Assembly: GCA_943369455.1 (NCBI GenBank)
Contig: CALRND020000007.1
Coordinates: forward strand, 115,388 to 179,387
Source of the DNA: Synechococcus sp. UW140
GTDB lineage: Bacteria; Cyanobacteriota; Cyanobacteriia; PCC-6307; Cyanobiaceae
Direction of reading: 5' to 3'
DNA: 64,000 nt
Positions 35,603 to 47,358 of the stretch are shown in pieces (position 1 is the first letter of the stretch; the number at the start of each line of letters is the position of its first letter). The notes under the pieces were generated by a model. The model was not told where the DNA came from. It ran no database searches and saw nothing but the letters and a program-made list of their open reading frames with translations. The translations under genes and the position numbers were made by a program.

Positions 35603-36808
35603 TCAGCCCGCGGCGGGCAACTCCTCCAGTTCAGCGGCGTCCTCTCCAGCCTGGGGCTTGGCCGCCGCCAGCTTGGCCGCCGCCGCCAGCGGCTTCATCG
35701 AGTTGGCGGTGACCTCGGAACCCTCGGTGAGCTTCTTGCGGGTGAGCTGCTCGATCACCTCCTTCGGCCCGGGGTTCTGCTCCAGCCAGGTGATCGTGTT
35801 GTCGCGGCCCTGGCCGATGTTGTCGCCCTCGTAGCTGTACCAGGCGCCCTTGCGGGTGACCACACCCGTTTCCTCGGCCAGATCGAGCAGACAGCCCAGG
35901 GTGCTGATGCCGCGGCCGAAGAGGATGTCGAACTCGGCGATCCGGAAGGGGGGCGCCACCTTGTTCTTGGCCACCTTCACCTTGGCCCGGATGCCGTACT
36001 CCTCGGTGCCGCGCTTGAGGGTCTGGATGCGGCGGATGTCGAGGCGCACCGAGGCATAGAACTTGAGGGCATTGCCACCGGTGGTGGTTTCCGGGTTGCC
36101 GTAGGTGACGCCGATTTTCTGGCGCAGCTGGTTGAGGAAGATCACCGTGCAGCCGGATTTGCCGATGTTGCCGGTGATCTTGCGCATGGCCTGACTCATC
36201 AGCCGGGCCTGGCTGCCCACCGCCAGGTCGCCCATCTCCCCTTCGATCTCAGCCCGGGGCGTCAACGCCGCCACCGAGTCGACGACGACGATGTCGACGG
36301 CGGCCGAGCGCACCAGCTGGTCGACGATCTCCAGGGCCATCTCGCCGGTGTCCAGCTGGGAGACCAGCAGGTTTTCGATGTCGACCCCGAGGGCGGCGGC
36401 ATAGACCGGATCGAGGGCATGCTCCGCATCCACGAAGGCGGCCACGCCGCCGCGCTTCTGCACCTCGGCGATGGCATGCAGGGTGAGGGTGGTCTTGCCG
36501 GAGCTCTCCGGTCCGTAGACCTCCACCACCCGGCCCTTGGGATAGCCGCCCCCGAGGGCCAGATCGAGGGTGAGCGCCCCGGTGGGGACCGTTTCCACCC
36601 GCATGCGGGAGGCATCCCCGAGCCGCATGATCGAGCCCTTGCCGAAGTTGCGCTCGATCTGGGTGAGCACGAGACCCAACGCCTTGTCGCGCTCCGCGGC
36701 GGCCCGGGGATCGCCGCTGGGGGCGGCGGCGGACACGTAGGAGGTGGAGGGGGAGCTGGAGGAGGAAGACGCTGCGGCGGCGGCCGTGGCCCTGGAATCG
36801 GCAGGCAT
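35603..36808 (-). CDS. recA: Recombinase RecA
   Basis: [22 protein letters not shown], Walker [11 protein letters not shown], ..[10 protein letters not shown]... Start ATG 36808. Confidence 0.95.
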   Translation of the reverse strand: MPADSRATAAAAASSSSSSPSTSYVSAAAPSGDPRAAAERDKALGLVLTQIERNFGKGSIMRLGDASRMRVETVPTGALTLDLALGGGYPKGRVVEVYGPESSGKTTLTLHAIAEVQKRGGVAAFVDAEHALDPVYAAALGVDIENLLVSQLDTGEMALEIVDQLVRSAAVDIVVVDSVAALTPRAEIEGEMGDLAVGSQARLMSQAMRKITGNIGKSGCTVIFLNQLRQKIGVTYGNPETTTGGNALKFYASVRLDIRRIQTLKRGTEEYGIRAKVKVAKNKVAPPFRIAEFDILFGRGISTLGCLLDLAEETGVVTRKGAWYSYEGDNIGQGRDNTITWLEQNPGPKEVIEQLTRKKLTEGSEVTANSMKPLAAAAKLAAAKPQAGEDAAELEELPAAG

Positions 36809-36979
36809 GGTGGGGGTGGGTGATGGAACGGGCCGCAGCCGGCTGAAGCCGTGCAGGCGCGGGATTGGGGATGGGAAAGGGGGCCGGAACCAGGCGCCAT
36901 CCTGCGACCTCTGGACAACCAGTGCCACCCGGAGTGGCCGGCGTATCAATCCCGTGTAGTACGGGCGTACTCTAGCGGT

Positions 36980-37780
36980 TCATGGCCAGAGCGCCAGGGG
37001 GGCCTCGAAGCCGGCGGGCTCCAGCCAGCGGATCCCCAGGGGGGCCAGCCCTACCCCGTCCCCCGGGCCCAGATACCCCCACGACACCAGATAGCAGCGC
37101 ACCGCCTCCAGCCCGGGGGTGCGCCGCACCAGCTCCAGGGTGGGGCGACGGTCCTCGACGAACCACAGGGGACGCTCCGCGGGGTCGTGCCCGGCCAGCA
37201 GCTGCGCCAGCACCGACGGCTTGCTGCCCTGTTCGTGGCCGTACAGGGCCAGGGGCGTGAGGCCGGCGGCGGCCAGCAGGCGGGCGGCGAAGGCCCCGCC
37301 CTTGGTGGTGAGCACCGCCCAGTCGGCCCCCTCCGCCGCCAGGCGACCCAGGCGCGCCTCGACGCCGGGATAGAAGCGGTGCAGGGCCAGCCAGGCGTCG
37401 GGGTCGGTGGCGATGGCCTCGGCCCGCAGACCCTCGAGCGCCTGCTGCAGCTGGTCGGTGGTCCAGCCCCAGCGCCGCAGGGCCGCCCCGAGGAAGGTGT
37501 CGTAATCGGCCAGGGCGGCGTCGAGATCAACGTCGGGCCGTCCCAGCTCGGCGGCCATCAGCACCATCTCCCAGCCCTTGTGGATCAGGGGCCGCAACAG
37601 GGCGAACCCCGGTGGCGCCTGCTCCGGCAGGTGCCAGCCGGAGGGGGCGGCACTGCCGGAGGGGGCGGCGCCGGCGGCGACCAGGGCCAGGGCGGCCCGC
37701 CGGGCCGACCACCAGTACTCGGCCATGCCGTCCACCAGCACGCCATCGAAATCGAACACCAGCAACGGGCGTTCAGGCAC
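36980..37780 (-). CDS. HAD-superfamily hydrolase
   Basis: LLVFDFDGVLVD motif I; TTKG; FVEDR. Confidence 0.7.
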   Translation of the reverse strand: MPERPLLVFDFDGVLVDGMAEYWWSARRAALALVAAGAAPSGSAAPSGWHLPEQAPPGFALLRPLIHKGWEMVLMAAELGRPDVDLDAALADYDTFLGAALRRWGWTTDQLQQALEGLRAEAIATDPDAWLALHRFYPGVEARLGRLAAEGADWAVLTTKGGAFAARLLAAAGLTPLALYGHEQGSKPSVLAQLLAGHDPAERPLWFVEDRRPTLELVRRTPGLEAVRCYLVSWGYLGPGDGVGLAPLGIRWLEPAGFEAPLALWP

Positions 37781-37801
37781 CGGTGGGAAGGAGAGAAAAA
37801 A

Positions 37802-37873
37802 CTGGGCCGCTAGGATTCGAACCTAGGAATGTCGGGACCAAAACCCGATGCCTTACCGCTTGGCGACGGCCCA
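37802..37873 (-). tRNA. tRNA-Gln (UUG)
   Basis: Cloverleaf folded by hand. Acceptor UGGGCCG/CGGCCCA, anticodon arm UCGGG-UUUUGGU-CCCGA, T arm CUAGG-UUCGAAU-CCUAG. No encoded CCA. Confidence 0.85.
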
Positions 37874-37985
37874 ATCAAGCCCATGGGATGGGACAGGCGT
37901 CGGTCCGAAACCGGCGCCTTGCTAGTTACCCACAGCGGCTGGTCCTTCGTCAACTCGCCGGCGTCCACCCCGGCGGCAGGCCCCT

Positions 37986-39590
37986 TCAGGAGGGAAACAC
38001 CCGCAGCCGCTGCTGCAGGCCGCGCCCGAACACGGCACTGCGCAGTCGGTAGTGGTGCACCAGCTCGGCCTGGAGGGCCCGCACCGCCTCGCTGCGGGGC
38101 AGCAGCTCCACCGGCCGACCTTCGGGCAGCACCACCTGCTCCACCGCCAGCCGGCATTCCTCCAGGGCCGCATGGGCGTCGTCGAGGCGGGCCGGAGCGA
38201 CCGGTTCTTCCTCCCCGTCCGCCCCGCCGCCCCCCCGGCGCCGCTCCAGCAGGCGCTCCATGGCCCGCTGCAGCTGGTGGGGGGTGTCGGATTTGATCAC
38301 CAGGATCGGCAGGCCGAGGTCGCGGGCCTGGCGGCGCAGCTCCGGGTCGCGCCCCAGCTGCCCGCGCACGCTCAGCACCGCATCCGCCTGCTCCGGGCCC
38401 TCCACCACCTGCACCGGCAGCTGGCGGCGGCGCACGGCCTCCTCCAGCTGCTGGGCCGCCAGCCCCACCCCGTAGACCCGCAGGGCGGGCAGCGCCGGGG
38501 CGGGGGTGGCAGCGGCCGGCCGGGGGGCCGCCGGATCGGGCAGGGGCACCACCGCCAGGGGGGCGGGGCCGGGGCGCCGGGGGGGCACGGCGGCGGGGGC
38601 CCAGGCGGGCGGAGCGGCCGGGCGGACGGGGCCGTCGTCGCGCAGCACCAGGCGGCCGTCGCCGCCCAGCTCACGCACCTGGGGGTGGGTGGGCTGGGCG
38701 CGCAGCAGCAGATCCACCGTGCCGGCCACGTCGCGGTGCACCAGCCAGCGGTGCCGGCTGTGCATCTCCACCGCCAGGGGGAAGGTGGGCTCGGCCGCCC
38801 GTTCCAGCACGGTCTTCTGGGTGCGCCGGCGGCGGGCCTCCTCGTCCCCCAGGGTCACCGACTGGATCCCCCCCACCAGGTCGCTAAGGGTGGGGTTGCG
38901 GATCAGGTTGGCCAGTTCGTTGCCGTGGGCGGTGGCCACCAGCATCACGCCCCGTTCGGCGATGGTGCGGGCCGCCTGGGCCTCCAGTTCGGTGCCGATC
39001 TCATCGATGACGATGACCTCGGGCATGTGGTTCTCCACCGCCTCGATCATCACCTGGTGCTGCAGCTCCGGGCGCGCCACCTGCATCCGCCGGGCCCGGC
39101 CGATGGCGGGGTGGGGGATGTCGCCGTCGCCGGCGATCTCGTTGCTGGTGTCGATCACCACCACCCGGCGCTGCAGGTCGTCGGCGAGCACCCGGGCGAT
39201 CTCCCGCAGGGCCGTGGTCTTGCCCACCCCGGGGCGGCCCATCAGCAGCAGCGACTGGCCCGTGTCCAGCAGGTCGCGCACCATCGCCACCGTGCCGAAC
39301 ACGGCCCGGCCCACCCGGCAGGTGAGTCCCACCACGTCGCCGGTGCGGTTGCGGATGGCGCTGATGCGGTGCAGCGTGCGCTCGATGCCGGCCCGGTTGT
39401 CACCACCGAACGGGCCGAGGCGTTGCAGCACCGCCGCCAGATCGGAACGGGCGATCGCGTCGTTGCCCAGGGCCAGAACCCGGCCGGGGTAGCGGGCCTC
39501 CGGCACCCGCCCCAGGTCGAGCACCACCTCCAGCAGGCCCTCCCGCTGCTCCGGCCCCGCCAGGGCCCGCTGCACCACGGGCGGCAGCAC
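37986..39590 (-). CDS. ycf45: Ycf45-like AAA ATPase with R3H domain
   Basis: LLMGRPGVGKTTALREIARVL, VVVIDTSNEIAGDGDIPHPAIGRARRMQV. C-terminal R3H-like region after an Ala/Pro-rich linker. Confidence 0.8.
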   Translation of the reverse strand: MLPPVVQRALAGPEQREGLLEVVLDLGRVPEARYPGRVLALGNDAIARSDLAAVLQRLGPFGGDNRAGIERTLHRISAIRNRTGDVVGLTCRVGRAVFGTVAMVRDLLDTGQSLLLMGRPGVGKTTALREIARVLADDLQRRVVVIDTSNEIAGDGDIPHPAIGRARRMQVARPELQHQVMIEAVENHMPEVIVIDEIGTELEAQAARTIAERGVMLVATAHGNELANLIRNPTLSDLVGGIQSVTLGDEEARRRRTQKTVLERAAEPTFPLAVEMHSRHRWLVHRDVAGTVDLLLRAQPTHPQVRELGGDGRLVLRDDGPVRPAAPPAWAPAAVPPRRPGPAPLAVVPLPDPAAPRPAAATPAPALPALRVYGVGLAAQQLEEAVRRRQLPVQVVEGPEQADAVLSVRGQLGRDPELRRQARDLGLPILVIKSDTPHQLQRAMERLLERRRGGGGADGEEEPVAPARLDDAHAALEECRLAVEQVVLPEGRPVELLPRSEAVRALQAELVHHYRLRSAVFGRGLQQRLRVFPS

Positions 39591-39688
39591 GGCCAGCAGA
39601 CGATCCAGGTCGTCGGTGACCCGCTGGGGGGAGAGGGAAGGGGGGGGCGAAGGCTCCAGGGGGCGACGGGGGGAGCTGCCCGTTCGTT

Positions 39689-40771
39689 CTAGCCGGGCCC
39701 GGGGCCCGCCAGACCCCGGGGGCCGCTGGCACCGCGGGCCAGCCAGGGGGCCACCAGCCCCTCGGCGATGGCCAGGGCCCGGGGCCAGAGCAGGGGCTGG
39801 TCCAGCACCCGTCGCCCCTCGGCCTGGGCCTCCTGCAGCAGGGGCTGGAGCTGGCGGCGGGCCACCCCCCCAAAGGCGACCCCGGCCGCCCGGGGCCCGG
39901 CCGCCGGGGAGCGGGCCAGCACCGCCAGGGTGTGGGCATTGGTGCCGCCGGCCAGCTGCAGCGGACCCGGCGGCGCCAGCGGCCCCAGCCGCTCCAGCAG
40001 CCCCACCGCCGCATGGGCCGTGCCGGCCCCCACATCGCCGCTCATCGGCCGGCCATCCAGCTGCCAGAGCGGCCGGAAGCCGGCCCCGCGCAGCAGGCGG
40101 AACCGCTGCCAGAGCTCCGCCGCCAGCTCCTCCACCGTGGCCCCTCCCTCCAGAGCCGCGCTCACCGCCACCCGGCGCAGCGGCACCCCGCTGGCGGCCA
40201 GCTGGGCCACCCGATCGCCGAAGGCCTCCAGCCGCCCCGGCCGGGTGTGCAGCTCCACGGCGTCGGGGGCCAACTGCGCCAGCAGGCCCCCCACGCCGGA
40301 CGCCTCCAGCACCTGACTGCGCTCCTCGATCAGCCCCAGGGGGCAGGCCGGCAGGCAGCGACCGCAGCCGTAGCAGCGCTCCTCCACCACCCCTGTGCCG
40401 CCGATGGCCAGGGCGGGGCAGACGCGCTCGCAGGGCCGGGGACAGGCGGGCGGGCAGCGGCCCGGATCGAACCAGGCCTTGCGGAAGTGGGGGTCCAGGC
40501 CGTCACTGAGGCTGACCATCAGCCAGGGACGGGCCGCGCCCCTGGCCTCGGCCCAGGCCATGCCCCGCCGGGCCGCGGCCACCACCGCCGGGTCGGCCGC
40601 CACATCGATGCAGTGCACCCCGGCCAGGGCATGGATGCCGGCCAGATCCTCGATGGCGGCCAGATCCTGGTTGCTGGCCCCGCCGATCAGCTTCACCCAG
40701 CCGCCGGCGGCCAGGGCCTGCTCGGGGTCCTGGCGGAGCATCGGCGCGGGGCCCCGCAGCAAGGCACCCAT
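39689..40771 (-). CDS. ldpA: LdpA-like iron-sulfur protein
   Basis: VKLIGGASNQDLAAIEDLAGIHALAGVHCIDVAADPAVV and CPRPCERVCP..CYGCGRCLPACP cysteine clusters. Confidence 0.6.
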   Translation of the reverse strand: MGALLRGPAPMLRQDPEQALAAGGWVKLIGGASNQDLAAIEDLAGIHALAGVHCIDVAADPAVVAAARRGMAWAEARGAARPWLMVSLSDGLDPHFRKAWFDPGRCPPACPRPCERVCPALAIGGTGVVEERCYGCGRCLPACPLGLIEERSQVLEASGVGGLLAQLAPDAVELHTRPGRLEAFGDRVAQLAASGVPLRRVAVSAALEGGATVEELAAELWQRFRLLRGAGFRPLWQLDGRPMSGDVGAGTAHAAVGLLERLGPLAPPGPLQLAGGTNAHTLAVLARSPAAGPRAAGVAFGGVARRQLQPLLQEAQAEGRRVLDQPLLWPRALAIAEGLVAPWLARGASGPRGLAGPGPG

Positions 40772-40816
40772 GGGTTGCGCACGTGGGGTGGATCGATCCT
40801 GCCACCGGCGGGCCCC

Positions 40817-42067
40817 TCAGCCGGCACCGGGCAGCTCCGGCGCGACCTCCGGCTGGGCGAGCCCCAGGCGCTGCACCAGCCAGGGGGCGGAGAACCCCTG
40901 CAGGCCCACGGTCATCAGAATGGTGAGGAACACCAGCCCCTTGAGGGTGGCGCCGCCGGGGACCTCAGCCCGGTCGAGCTCGAGGGCGAACAGGCTGACC
41001 ACCGCCGCGGTGACGATGCCCCGCGGCGCGATCCAGCTGAGCAGGGCCTTCTCCTTCCAATCGAGGCTGGGCAGGCCGAGGCCCGTCAGCTGGATGAGCG
41101 GCCAGCGCATCAGCATCAGGCCCAGCACGCAGGCCAGGCCGCCCAGGCCGAGGGGACTCAGCTCGGCCCAGGAGACATCGGCCGCCAGCAGGGGAAACAG
41201 CACCGTGATCGCCAGCATGGCCAGCTGGCGGATCAGGGCGTCGAGCTGGGTGGCGGCCGCATCGAGGCGCAGTCCCACCACCACCCCCGCGCTGACCGCC
41301 GCCGGCAGGCCCGATTCCGGCAGCAGCGCCTCGCAGCCGCTGAACATCAGGAACAGCACCCCAAGGGTGAGCTGCAGCTCCAGGCCACCGGGCTCGGCCG
41401 GCCCCGCCCCGCCCCGCGACGCCGCCACGGCGGCCAGGCGCCGGAGCACCTCCGAGAGCAGCAGCCCGGCCAGGCCGCCGAGGACCACCCCGCCCCCCAG
41501 GCGCAGCAGCAGCCGGGAGGCCACCTCCTGCCAGCTGCCCAGGTCCCCCAGGATCACCTGGAGCAGCACCAGACCCAGCACCGCACTGACTGGTTCGAGG
41601 ATCAGGCCCTCCGCCTCCAGCAGCTGGCCCAGCTTCGGAGCCAGGCGCAGCTGCCGCACCATCGGGGTGACCACCGTGGGGCCGGTGGCCAGGGCGATCG
41701 CGCCGTAGACCAAGGCCAGGGGCCAGGGCAGCCCCGCCAGGACGTGGGCCAGCAGGGCCGCCAGGGGCAGCCCCAGCACCAGGCGCACCAGCACCAGTTG
41801 CAGCACCGAACGCTGCAGATCGCGGCCGGCCAGGCGCAGGTTGAGCCCCCCGTCAAAGAGCACCAGGCTCACCAGCAGACCGACCAGGGGCTCCAGACCG
41901 GCACCCAGGTTCTCGGGATGGACAAGGTCGAAACCAGCATGGCCCGTGAGCAGGCCGATCGCCAGGAGCAGGACCACCGCCGGCTGCCCGGTGAGCCAGG
42001 CCGTGGCCTGGGCCAGGGAGCCGGCGAAGAAGGCCGAACCCCAGATCAATCCCAGCCGCTCACTCAA
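40817..42067 (-). CDS. Cation:proton antiporter (CPA1/NhaP-like)
   Basis: 416 aa, polytopic hydrophobic. LVSLVLFDGGLNLRL and ..SWIAPRGIVTAAV.. motifs. Confidence 0.75.
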   Translation of the reverse strand: MSERLGLIWGSAFFAGSLAQATAWLTGQPAVVLLLAIGLLTGHAGFDLVHPENLGAGLEPLVGLLVSLVLFDGGLNLRLAGRDLQRSVLQLVLVRLVLGLPLAALLAHVLAGLPWPLALVYGAIALATGPTVVTPMVRQLRLAPKLGQLLEAEGLILEPVSAVLGLVLLQVILGDLGSWQEVASRLLLRLGGGVVLGGLAGLLLSEVLRRLAAVAASRGGAGPAEPGGLELQLTLGVLFLMFSGCEALLPESGLPAAVSAGVVVGLRLDAAATQLDALIRQLAMLAITVLFPLLAADVSWAELSPLGLGGLACVLGLMLMRWPLIQLTGLGLPSLDWKEKALLSWIAPRGIVTAAVVSLFALELDRAEVPGGATLKGLVFLTILMTVGLQGFSAPWLVQRLGLAQPEVAPELPGAG

Positions 42068-42114
42068 GGCCCTGGAGTCCGCGGAACGGACCCAGGCTAT
42101 GGGGTGGATTCAGC

Positions 42115-42576
42115 TCAGGCCGGCACGAGCTGTTCGAGCGGCTGCCAGCGCAGGGCCCGGGCGCCGCCCATCTCCACCACCAGCTTCAGGCGCGGTTCGC
42201 GGCGGCAGAGATCGCAGAGGGCGGCCAGCTCCGAGCTGCTCAACACCTGGCCTTCCAGCAGCCAGAGGAGCACCGGGCCGTCGCCGGCCAGCGCAGGGCC
42301 CAGCAGGGGCATCACCCGCTGCACCTCGCCCACGGCGGCCGCCCGGCCGACGCTGTGGTGGCCCAGGTGGGGCGGCCGGATGCCGTGCAGCTGCATCAGG
42401 TAGGCCTCCGGATCCCCCAGCCCCCGGGCGGAGGTGAGATGGGCCCGGTAACCGGCCGCCCGCAGCCGCCGCAGCAGCCGGGTCTCGGCGCCGCCCTCCA
42501 GGGGAACGAACAGGGCGAGGGCACCGCTGCGCTCCAGTTCGGTGCGGAAACCACGGCCGGTCAACAGCAGGGGCAT
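42115..42576 (-). CDS. ndhN: NAD(P)H-quinone oxidoreductase subunit N
   Basis: [43 protein letters not shown]. Start ATG 42576. Confidence 0.8.
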   Translation of the reverse strand: MPLLLTGRGFRTELERSGALALFVPLEGGAETRLLRRLRAAGYRAHLTSARGLGDPEAYLMQLHGIRPPHLGHHSVGRAAAVGEVQRVMPLLGPALAGDGPVLLWLLEGQVLSSSELAALCDLCRREPRLKLVVEMGGARALRWQPLEQLVPA

Positions 42577-42989
42577 CGGGAGCGGCAGGCGAATCGGCGC
42601 TGAGTCTGGCAGCCAATGGGGGTCCCAGGGGTGGTGGTGCACACCATGAGGTACTGTTGACTCTTGTGCCGATGATCTGTGCCCGTCCGCTAGCCGGGCC
42701 TCCAGAGAACGGTACGGGGTCCGTCAGTGGTGACGAACCCTTCCCGGCCCGTACGACTCCCGCAGTGCTCGTCGCTGTGCGGACCGTCGGGATACTGCCC
42801 GAGGCCTCACCGCTTCCGGCAAGTCCCAGCCCGCTGATTCGCCTCGCTAGCTCCTGACCCTCGGGTCAATCTGCGATTCCACGAATTCAGCCCCCCCCGC
42901 CGTCCAGCGGGTCCTCCACGGATGTCGGGCCTCGGCCCAGATCCATGGCGGCACGCCACGGCAGTCCAGCTGGTGTTGTTCTCCCTCCC

Positions 42990-43637
42990 ATGTCCATCGG
43001 CATTCTCGGGAAGAAGTTGGGTATGTCCCAGTTCTTCGACGAAGAAGGCAAATCCATTCCGGTCACCCTGATCGAAGCGGGTCCCTGCCGCATCACCCAA
43101 CTCAAGAGCGAAGCCACCGACGGCTACACCGCGGTGCAGCTCGGCTTCGGCGAGACGCGCGACAAGCTCGTCAACAAACCCGCCAAGGGCCACCTGGCCA
43201 AATCCGGCGAGGCGCCCCTGCGGCATCTCAAGGAGTACCGGCTGGAGGCCATCGACGGCCTCGAGCTCGGGGCCGCCGTCACCGTCGGTGACTTCGCCCC
43301 CGGCCAGAAGGTCGACGTCAGCGGAGACACGATCGGTCGTGGTTTCTCGGGCCTCCAGAAGCGCCACGGCTTCAGCCGCGGCCCCATGAGCCACGGCTCC
43401 AAGAACCACCGCGAACCGGGTTCCATCGGCGCCGGCACCACCCCAGGTCGGGTCTATCCCGGCAAACGGATGGCCGGCCGCTATGGCGGCAAGCAGATCA
43501 CCACCCGCGGCCTCACCATCCTCAAGGTGGATGCGGAACGCAATCTGCTCGTCGTCAAGGGCTCGGTACCCGGCAAGCCCGGCGCCCTGCTCGACATCCG
43601 CCCGGCCCGGCGGGTGGGCGTCCCCGCAGCGAACTGA
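42990..43637 (+). CDS. rplC: 50S ribosomal protein L3
   Basis: [33 protein letters not shown]. Confidence 0.95.
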   Translation: MSIGILGKKLGMSQFFDEEGKSIPVTLIEAGPCRITQLKSEATDGYTAVQLGFGETRDKLVNKPAKGHLAKSGEAPLRHLKEYRLEAIDGLELGAAVTVGDFAPGQKVDVSGDTIGRGFSGLQKRHGFSRGPMSHGSKNHREPGSIGAGTTPGRVYPGKRMAGRYGGKQITTRGLTILKVDAERNLLVVKGSVPGKPGALLDIRPARRVGVPAAN

Positions 43638-43648
43638 GGAGAACACCC

Positions 43649-44284
43649 ATGACTGACTGTGTGATCCGCGACTGGCAAGGCAAGGAGAGCGGCAAGGCTC
43701 CCCTCGACCTCAAGGTCGCCAAGGAAACATCCGCCAACGGCCTGCTGCACCGCGCCGTGGTCCGCCAGCTGGCCCATGCCCGTCAGGGCACCGCCAGCAC
43801 CCTCACCCGGGCCGAAGTGGCCGGTGGCGGCCGCAAGCCCTACAAGCAGAAAGGCACCGGCCGGGCCCGCCAGGGCTCGATCCGTACCCCCCTGCGGCCC
43901 GGTGGCGGCGTGATCTTCGGTCCCAAGCCCCGCAGCTATGCGGTGTCCATGAACCGCAAGGAGCGTCGCCTGGCCCTGCGCACCGCCCTGATGAGCCGCG
44001 TTGCGGACATCACCGTGGTGAAGGGCTTCGGCGCCGGGCTCGACACCCCCAAAACCAAGGAGATCACCGCCGCCCTGGCCCGCTTCGGCATCGAGGCCGG
44101 CGCCAAGGTGCTGCTGATCCTCGATGGCGCTCCCGAGGCGGTGACCCGCTCGGTGCGCAATCTCGAAAAGGTGAAGCTGATCGCTGCCGATCAGCTGAAC
44201 GTGTTCGATCTGCTCCATGCCAACAAGCTGGTGCTCAGCGAAGAGGCACTGGCGAAGATTCAGGAGGTCTACGGCGATGTCTGA
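43649..44284 (+). CDS. rplD: 50S ribosomal protein L4
   Basis: [37 protein letters not shown]. Confidence 0.95.
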   Translation: MTDCVIRDWQGKESGKAPLDLKVAKETSANGLLHRAVVRQLAHARQGTASTLTRAEVAGGGRKPYKQKGTGRARQGSIRTPLRPGGGVIFGPKPRSYAVSMNRKERRLALRTALMSRVADITVVKGFGAGLDTPKTKEITAALARFGIEAGAKVLLILDGAPEAVTRSVRNLEKVKLIAADQLNVFDLLHANKLVLSEEALAKIQEVYGDV

Positions 44285-44579
44285 GCGTTTTGCAGGCCGG
44301 CTGGCGGACGTGATCCGTCGCCCGCTGATCACCGAGAAGGCCACCCGGGCCATCGAGATCAACCAGTACACCTTCGAGGTGGACCATCGGGCCGCCAAGC
44401 CCGACATCAAGGCGGCCGTCGAGCATCTGTTCGACGTCAAGGTCGTCGGCGTCAGCACCATGAATCCCCCCCGCCGCTCCCGTCGGGTGGGGCGCTTCGC
44501 CGGCAAACGCGCCCAGGTGAAGAAAGCGGTGGTGCGCCTTGCCGAAGGCAACGCCATCCAGTTGTTCCCTGAGTCCTGA
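44277..44579 (+). CDS. rplW: 50S ribosomal protein L23
   Basis: [29 protein letters not shown] overlaps the rplD end. Confidence 0.9.
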   Translation: MSERFAGRLADVIRRPLITEKATRAIEINQYTFEVDHRAAKPDIKAAVEHLFDVKVVGVSTMNPPRRSRRVGRFAGKRAQVKKAVVRLAEGNAIQLFPES

Positions 44580-44594
44580 GGGGTCTGAAACGTC

Positions 44595-45458
44595 ATGGCA
44601 ATCCGCAACTACAGGCCCAACACCCCCGGCACCCGCACGCTGGTCGTCACTGATTTCAGTGACATCACGGGCAAGAACCGGGAACGGGGCCTGGTGGTGT
44701 CCAAGCACCGCCACAAGGGCCGCAACAACCGCGGCGTGATCACCTGCCGCCACCGCGGCGGTGGCCACAAGCGCCTCTACCGCATCGTCGACTTCCGTCG
44801 CGACAAGCACGGGGTGAGCGCCAAGGTGGCCGCGATCCACTACGACCCGCACCGCAACGCCCGTCTGGCGCTGCTCTATTACACCGACGGCGAGAAGCGC
44901 TACATCCTTGCCCCCGCCAATGTGGCGGTGGGCCAGAGCGTCATCTCCGGCCCCGACGCCCCGATCGAGAACGGCAACGCCCTGCCGCTCTCGGCCATCC
45001 CCCTGGGCTCGAGCGTCCACAACGTGGAGCTCTACGCCGGTCGCGGCGGTCAGATGGTCCGCACCGCCGGGGCCAGCGCCCAGGTGGTGGCCAAGGAAGG
45101 TGACTACGTCGCCCTCAAGCTGCCCTCCACCGAGGTGCGGCTGGTGCGCCGGGAGTGCTACGCCACCCTTGGCGAGGTGGGCAACGCCGAGCAGCGCAAC
45201 ACCAGCCTGGGCAAGGCCGGTCGCAAGCGCTGGCTGGGCCGCCGTCCGGAAGTGCGCGGCAGCGTGATGAACCCCTGCGACCACCCCCACGGTGGTGGTG
45301 AGGGCCGGGCACCGATCGGCCGTTCCGGTCCGGTCACGCCCTGGGGCAAACCCGCCTTGGGCCTCAAGACCCGCAAGCGCAACAAGCCGAGCAACCGGTT
45401 CGTGCTGCGGAAACGACGCCGCACCTCCAAACGGAGCCGTGGCGGACGCGACTCCTGA
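44595..45458 (+). CDS. rplB: 50S ribosomal protein L2
   Basis: [35 protein letters not shown]. Confidence 0.95.
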   Translation: MAIRNYRPNTPGTRTLVVTDFSDITGKNRERGLVVSKHRHKGRNNRGVITCRHRGGGHKRLYRIVDFRRDKHGVSAKVAAIHYDPHRNARLALLYYTDGEKRYILAPANVAVGQSVISGPDAPIENGNALPLSAIPLGSSVHNVELYAGRGGQMVRTAGASAQVVAKEGDYVALKLPSTEVRLVRRECYATLGEVGNAEQRNTSLGKAGRKRWLGRRPEVRGSVMNPCDHPHGGGEGRAPIGRSGPVTPWGKPALGLKTRKRNKPSNRFVLRKRRRTSKRSRGGRDS

Positions 45459-45493
45459 TGACCCACACCGCTCTGCTGTTCGCCTGATCCGCC

Positions 45494-45769
45494 ATGGGAC
45501 GCTCACTCAAAAAAGGCCCGTTCGTCGCCGACCACCTGCTTCGCAAGGTGGAGAAGCAGAACGCTGCCGACGACAAGACCGTGATCAAGACCTGGTCACG
45601 GGCCTCCACCATCCTGCCGATGATGATCGGCCACACCATTGCCGTTCACAACGGCAAGGCCCACGTGCCCGTCTACGTGACGGAGCAGATGGTGGGCCAC
45701 AAGCTGGGCGAATTCGCCCCCACCCGCACATTCCGCGGGCACATCAAAGACAAGAAGGGAGGCCGCTGA
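45494..45769 (+). CDS. rpsS: 30S ribosomal protein S19
   Basis: [28 protein letters not shown]. Confidence 0.95.
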   Translation: MGRSLKKGPFVADHLLRKVEKQNAADDKTVIKTWSRASTILPMMIGHTIAVHNGKAHVPVYVTEQMVGHKLGEFAPTRTFRGHIKDKKGGR

Positions 45770-45773
45770 TCCG

Positions 45774-46133
45774 ATGGCAACCACCACACCCGACACCCAG
45801 GCCCTGGCACACGGCCGCTTCATCCGCGGTTCCGTGTCGAAGGTTCGCCGGGTTCTCGATCAGATCCGGGGTCGCACCTACCGCGACGCCCTGATCATGC
45901 TCGAGTTCATGCCCTACCGCTCCACCGGCCCGATCACCAAGGTGCTCCGCTCCGCGGTCGCCAATGCCGAGCACAACCTCGGCCTCGATCCGGCGACCCT
46001 GGTCATCAGCCAGGCCAGCGCCGACATGGGACCCTCCCTGAAGCGGTTCCGGCCCCGGGCCCAGGGCCGCGCCTTCGCCATCAAAAAGCAAACCTGCCAC
46101 ATCAGCATTGCTGTGGCAGCGCCCACCGCCTGA
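45774..46133 (+). CDS. rplV: 50S ribosomal protein L22
   Basis: [33 protein letters not shown]. Confidence 0.95.
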   Translation: MATTTPDTQALAHGRFIRGSVSKVRRVLDQIRGRTYRDALIMLEFMPYRSTGPITKVLRSAVANAEHNLGLDPATLVISQASADMGPSLKRFRPRAQGRAFAIKKQTCHISIAVAAPTA

Positions 46134-46152
46134 CCCCCGAGGACACCGCCCG

Positions 46153-46881
46153 ATGGGACACAAGATCCATCCAACCGGCCTGCGCCTGGGGATCACCCAG
46201 GACCACCGCTCCCGCTGGTACGCCCCAAGCAAGACCTATCCCGTCCTCCTTCAGGAGGACGACCGGATCCGGTCGTTCATCAACAAGAAGTACGCCGCCG
46301 CCGGCATCAGCGACGTGCTGATCGCCCGTAAAGCCGACCAGCTCGAAGTGGAACTCAAGACCGCCCGTCCGGGCGTTCTCGTGGGCCGCCAGGGCAGCGG
46401 CATCGAGGAGCTGCGCACCGGCATCCAGAAGACCCTCGGCGACGCCCACCGTCAGGTGCGCATCAACGTGGTCGAGGTGGAGCGGGTCGACGCCGACGCC
46501 TTCCTGCTGGCCGAGTACATCGCCCAGCAGCTGGAGAAGCGGGTGGCCTTCCGGCGCGTCATGCGCATGGCGGTGCAGCGCGCCCAGCGGGCCGGGGTGC
46601 TGGGTCTCAAGCTCCAGGTGAGCGGCCGCCTCAACGGCGCCGAGATCGCCCGGACGGAGTGGACCCGCGAGGGTCGCGTGCCCCTGCACACGCTCCGCGC
46701 CGACATCGACTACGCCACCAAGGTGGCCACCACCACCTATGGGGTCCTGGGCATCAAGGTCTGGGTGTTCAAAGGGGAGGTGCTTCCCGGTCAGCAAGAC
46801 CAGCTGCCCGTGGGTGGAGCACCGAAACGCCGCGCCAACCGCCGGCCGCAACAGTTCGAAGACCGCTCCAACGAGGAGTGA
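46153..46881 (+). CDS. rpsC: 30S ribosomal protein S3
   Basis: [37 protein letters not shown]. Confidence 0.95.
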   Translation: MGHKIHPTGLRLGITQDHRSRWYAPSKTYPVLLQEDDRIRSFINKKYAAAGISDVLIARKADQLEVELKTARPGVLVGRQGSGIEELRTGIQKTLGDAHRQVRINVVEVERVDADAFLLAEYIAQQLEKRVAFRRVMRMAVQRAQRAGVLGLKLQVSGRLNGAEIARTEWTREGRVPLHTLRADIDYATKVATTTYGVLGIKVWVFKGEVLPGQQDQLPVGGAPKRRANRRPQQFEDRSNEE

Positions 46882-46897
46882 TCAGGAGGCCTGAACC

Positions 46898-47356
46898 ATG
46901 CTGAGTCCAAAACGCGTCAAGTTCCGAAAACAGCAGCGAGGCCGCATGCGCGGCATCGCCACGCGCGGCAACACGATCGCCTTCGGCGATTTTGCCCTGC
47001 AGGCCCAGGAGTGCGGGTGGATCACCTCCCGCCAGATTGAGGCCAGCCGCCGTGCCATGACCCGCTACGTCAAGCGGGGGGGCAAGATCTGGATCCGGAT
47101 CTTCCCCGACAAGCCCGTCACCATGCGACCGGCCGAAACCCGTATGGGTTCCGGTAAGGGCAACCCGGAATTCTGGGTGGCCGTGATCAAGCCGGGCCGC
47201 ATTCTCTTCGAGATGGGTGGCCCCGAAATCACCCCCCAGATCGCCAAGGAAGCCATGCGTCTGGCCCAGTTCAAACTGCCGCTCAAGACGAAGTTCCTCG
47301 CCCTGGCCGACCAGGTGGCAGCCGCCCCCGAACCCGCCCTCGCAGTGGAGTCCTGA
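46898..47356 (+). CDS. rplP: 50S ribosomal protein L16
   Basis: [34 protein letters not shown]. Confidence 0.95.
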   Translation: MLSPKRVKFRKQQRGRMRGIATRGNTIAFGDFALQAQECGWITSRQIEASRRAMTRYVKRGGKIWIRIFPDKPVTMRPAETRMGSGKGNPEFWVAVIKPGRILFEMGGPEITPQIAKEAMRLAQFKLPLKTKFLALADQVAAAPEPALAVES

Positions 47357-47358
47357 CC

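Noticed and set aside
42657-42662. TTGACT hexamer in the about 410-nt spacer upstream of rplC, as a possible operon promoter.
   Set aside because: No TAnnnT-like -10 at a 16-18-nt spacing. The leader also has hairpins (for example GTACGGG/CCCGTAC around 42711-42747), but I cannot tie them to a known ribosomal leader.
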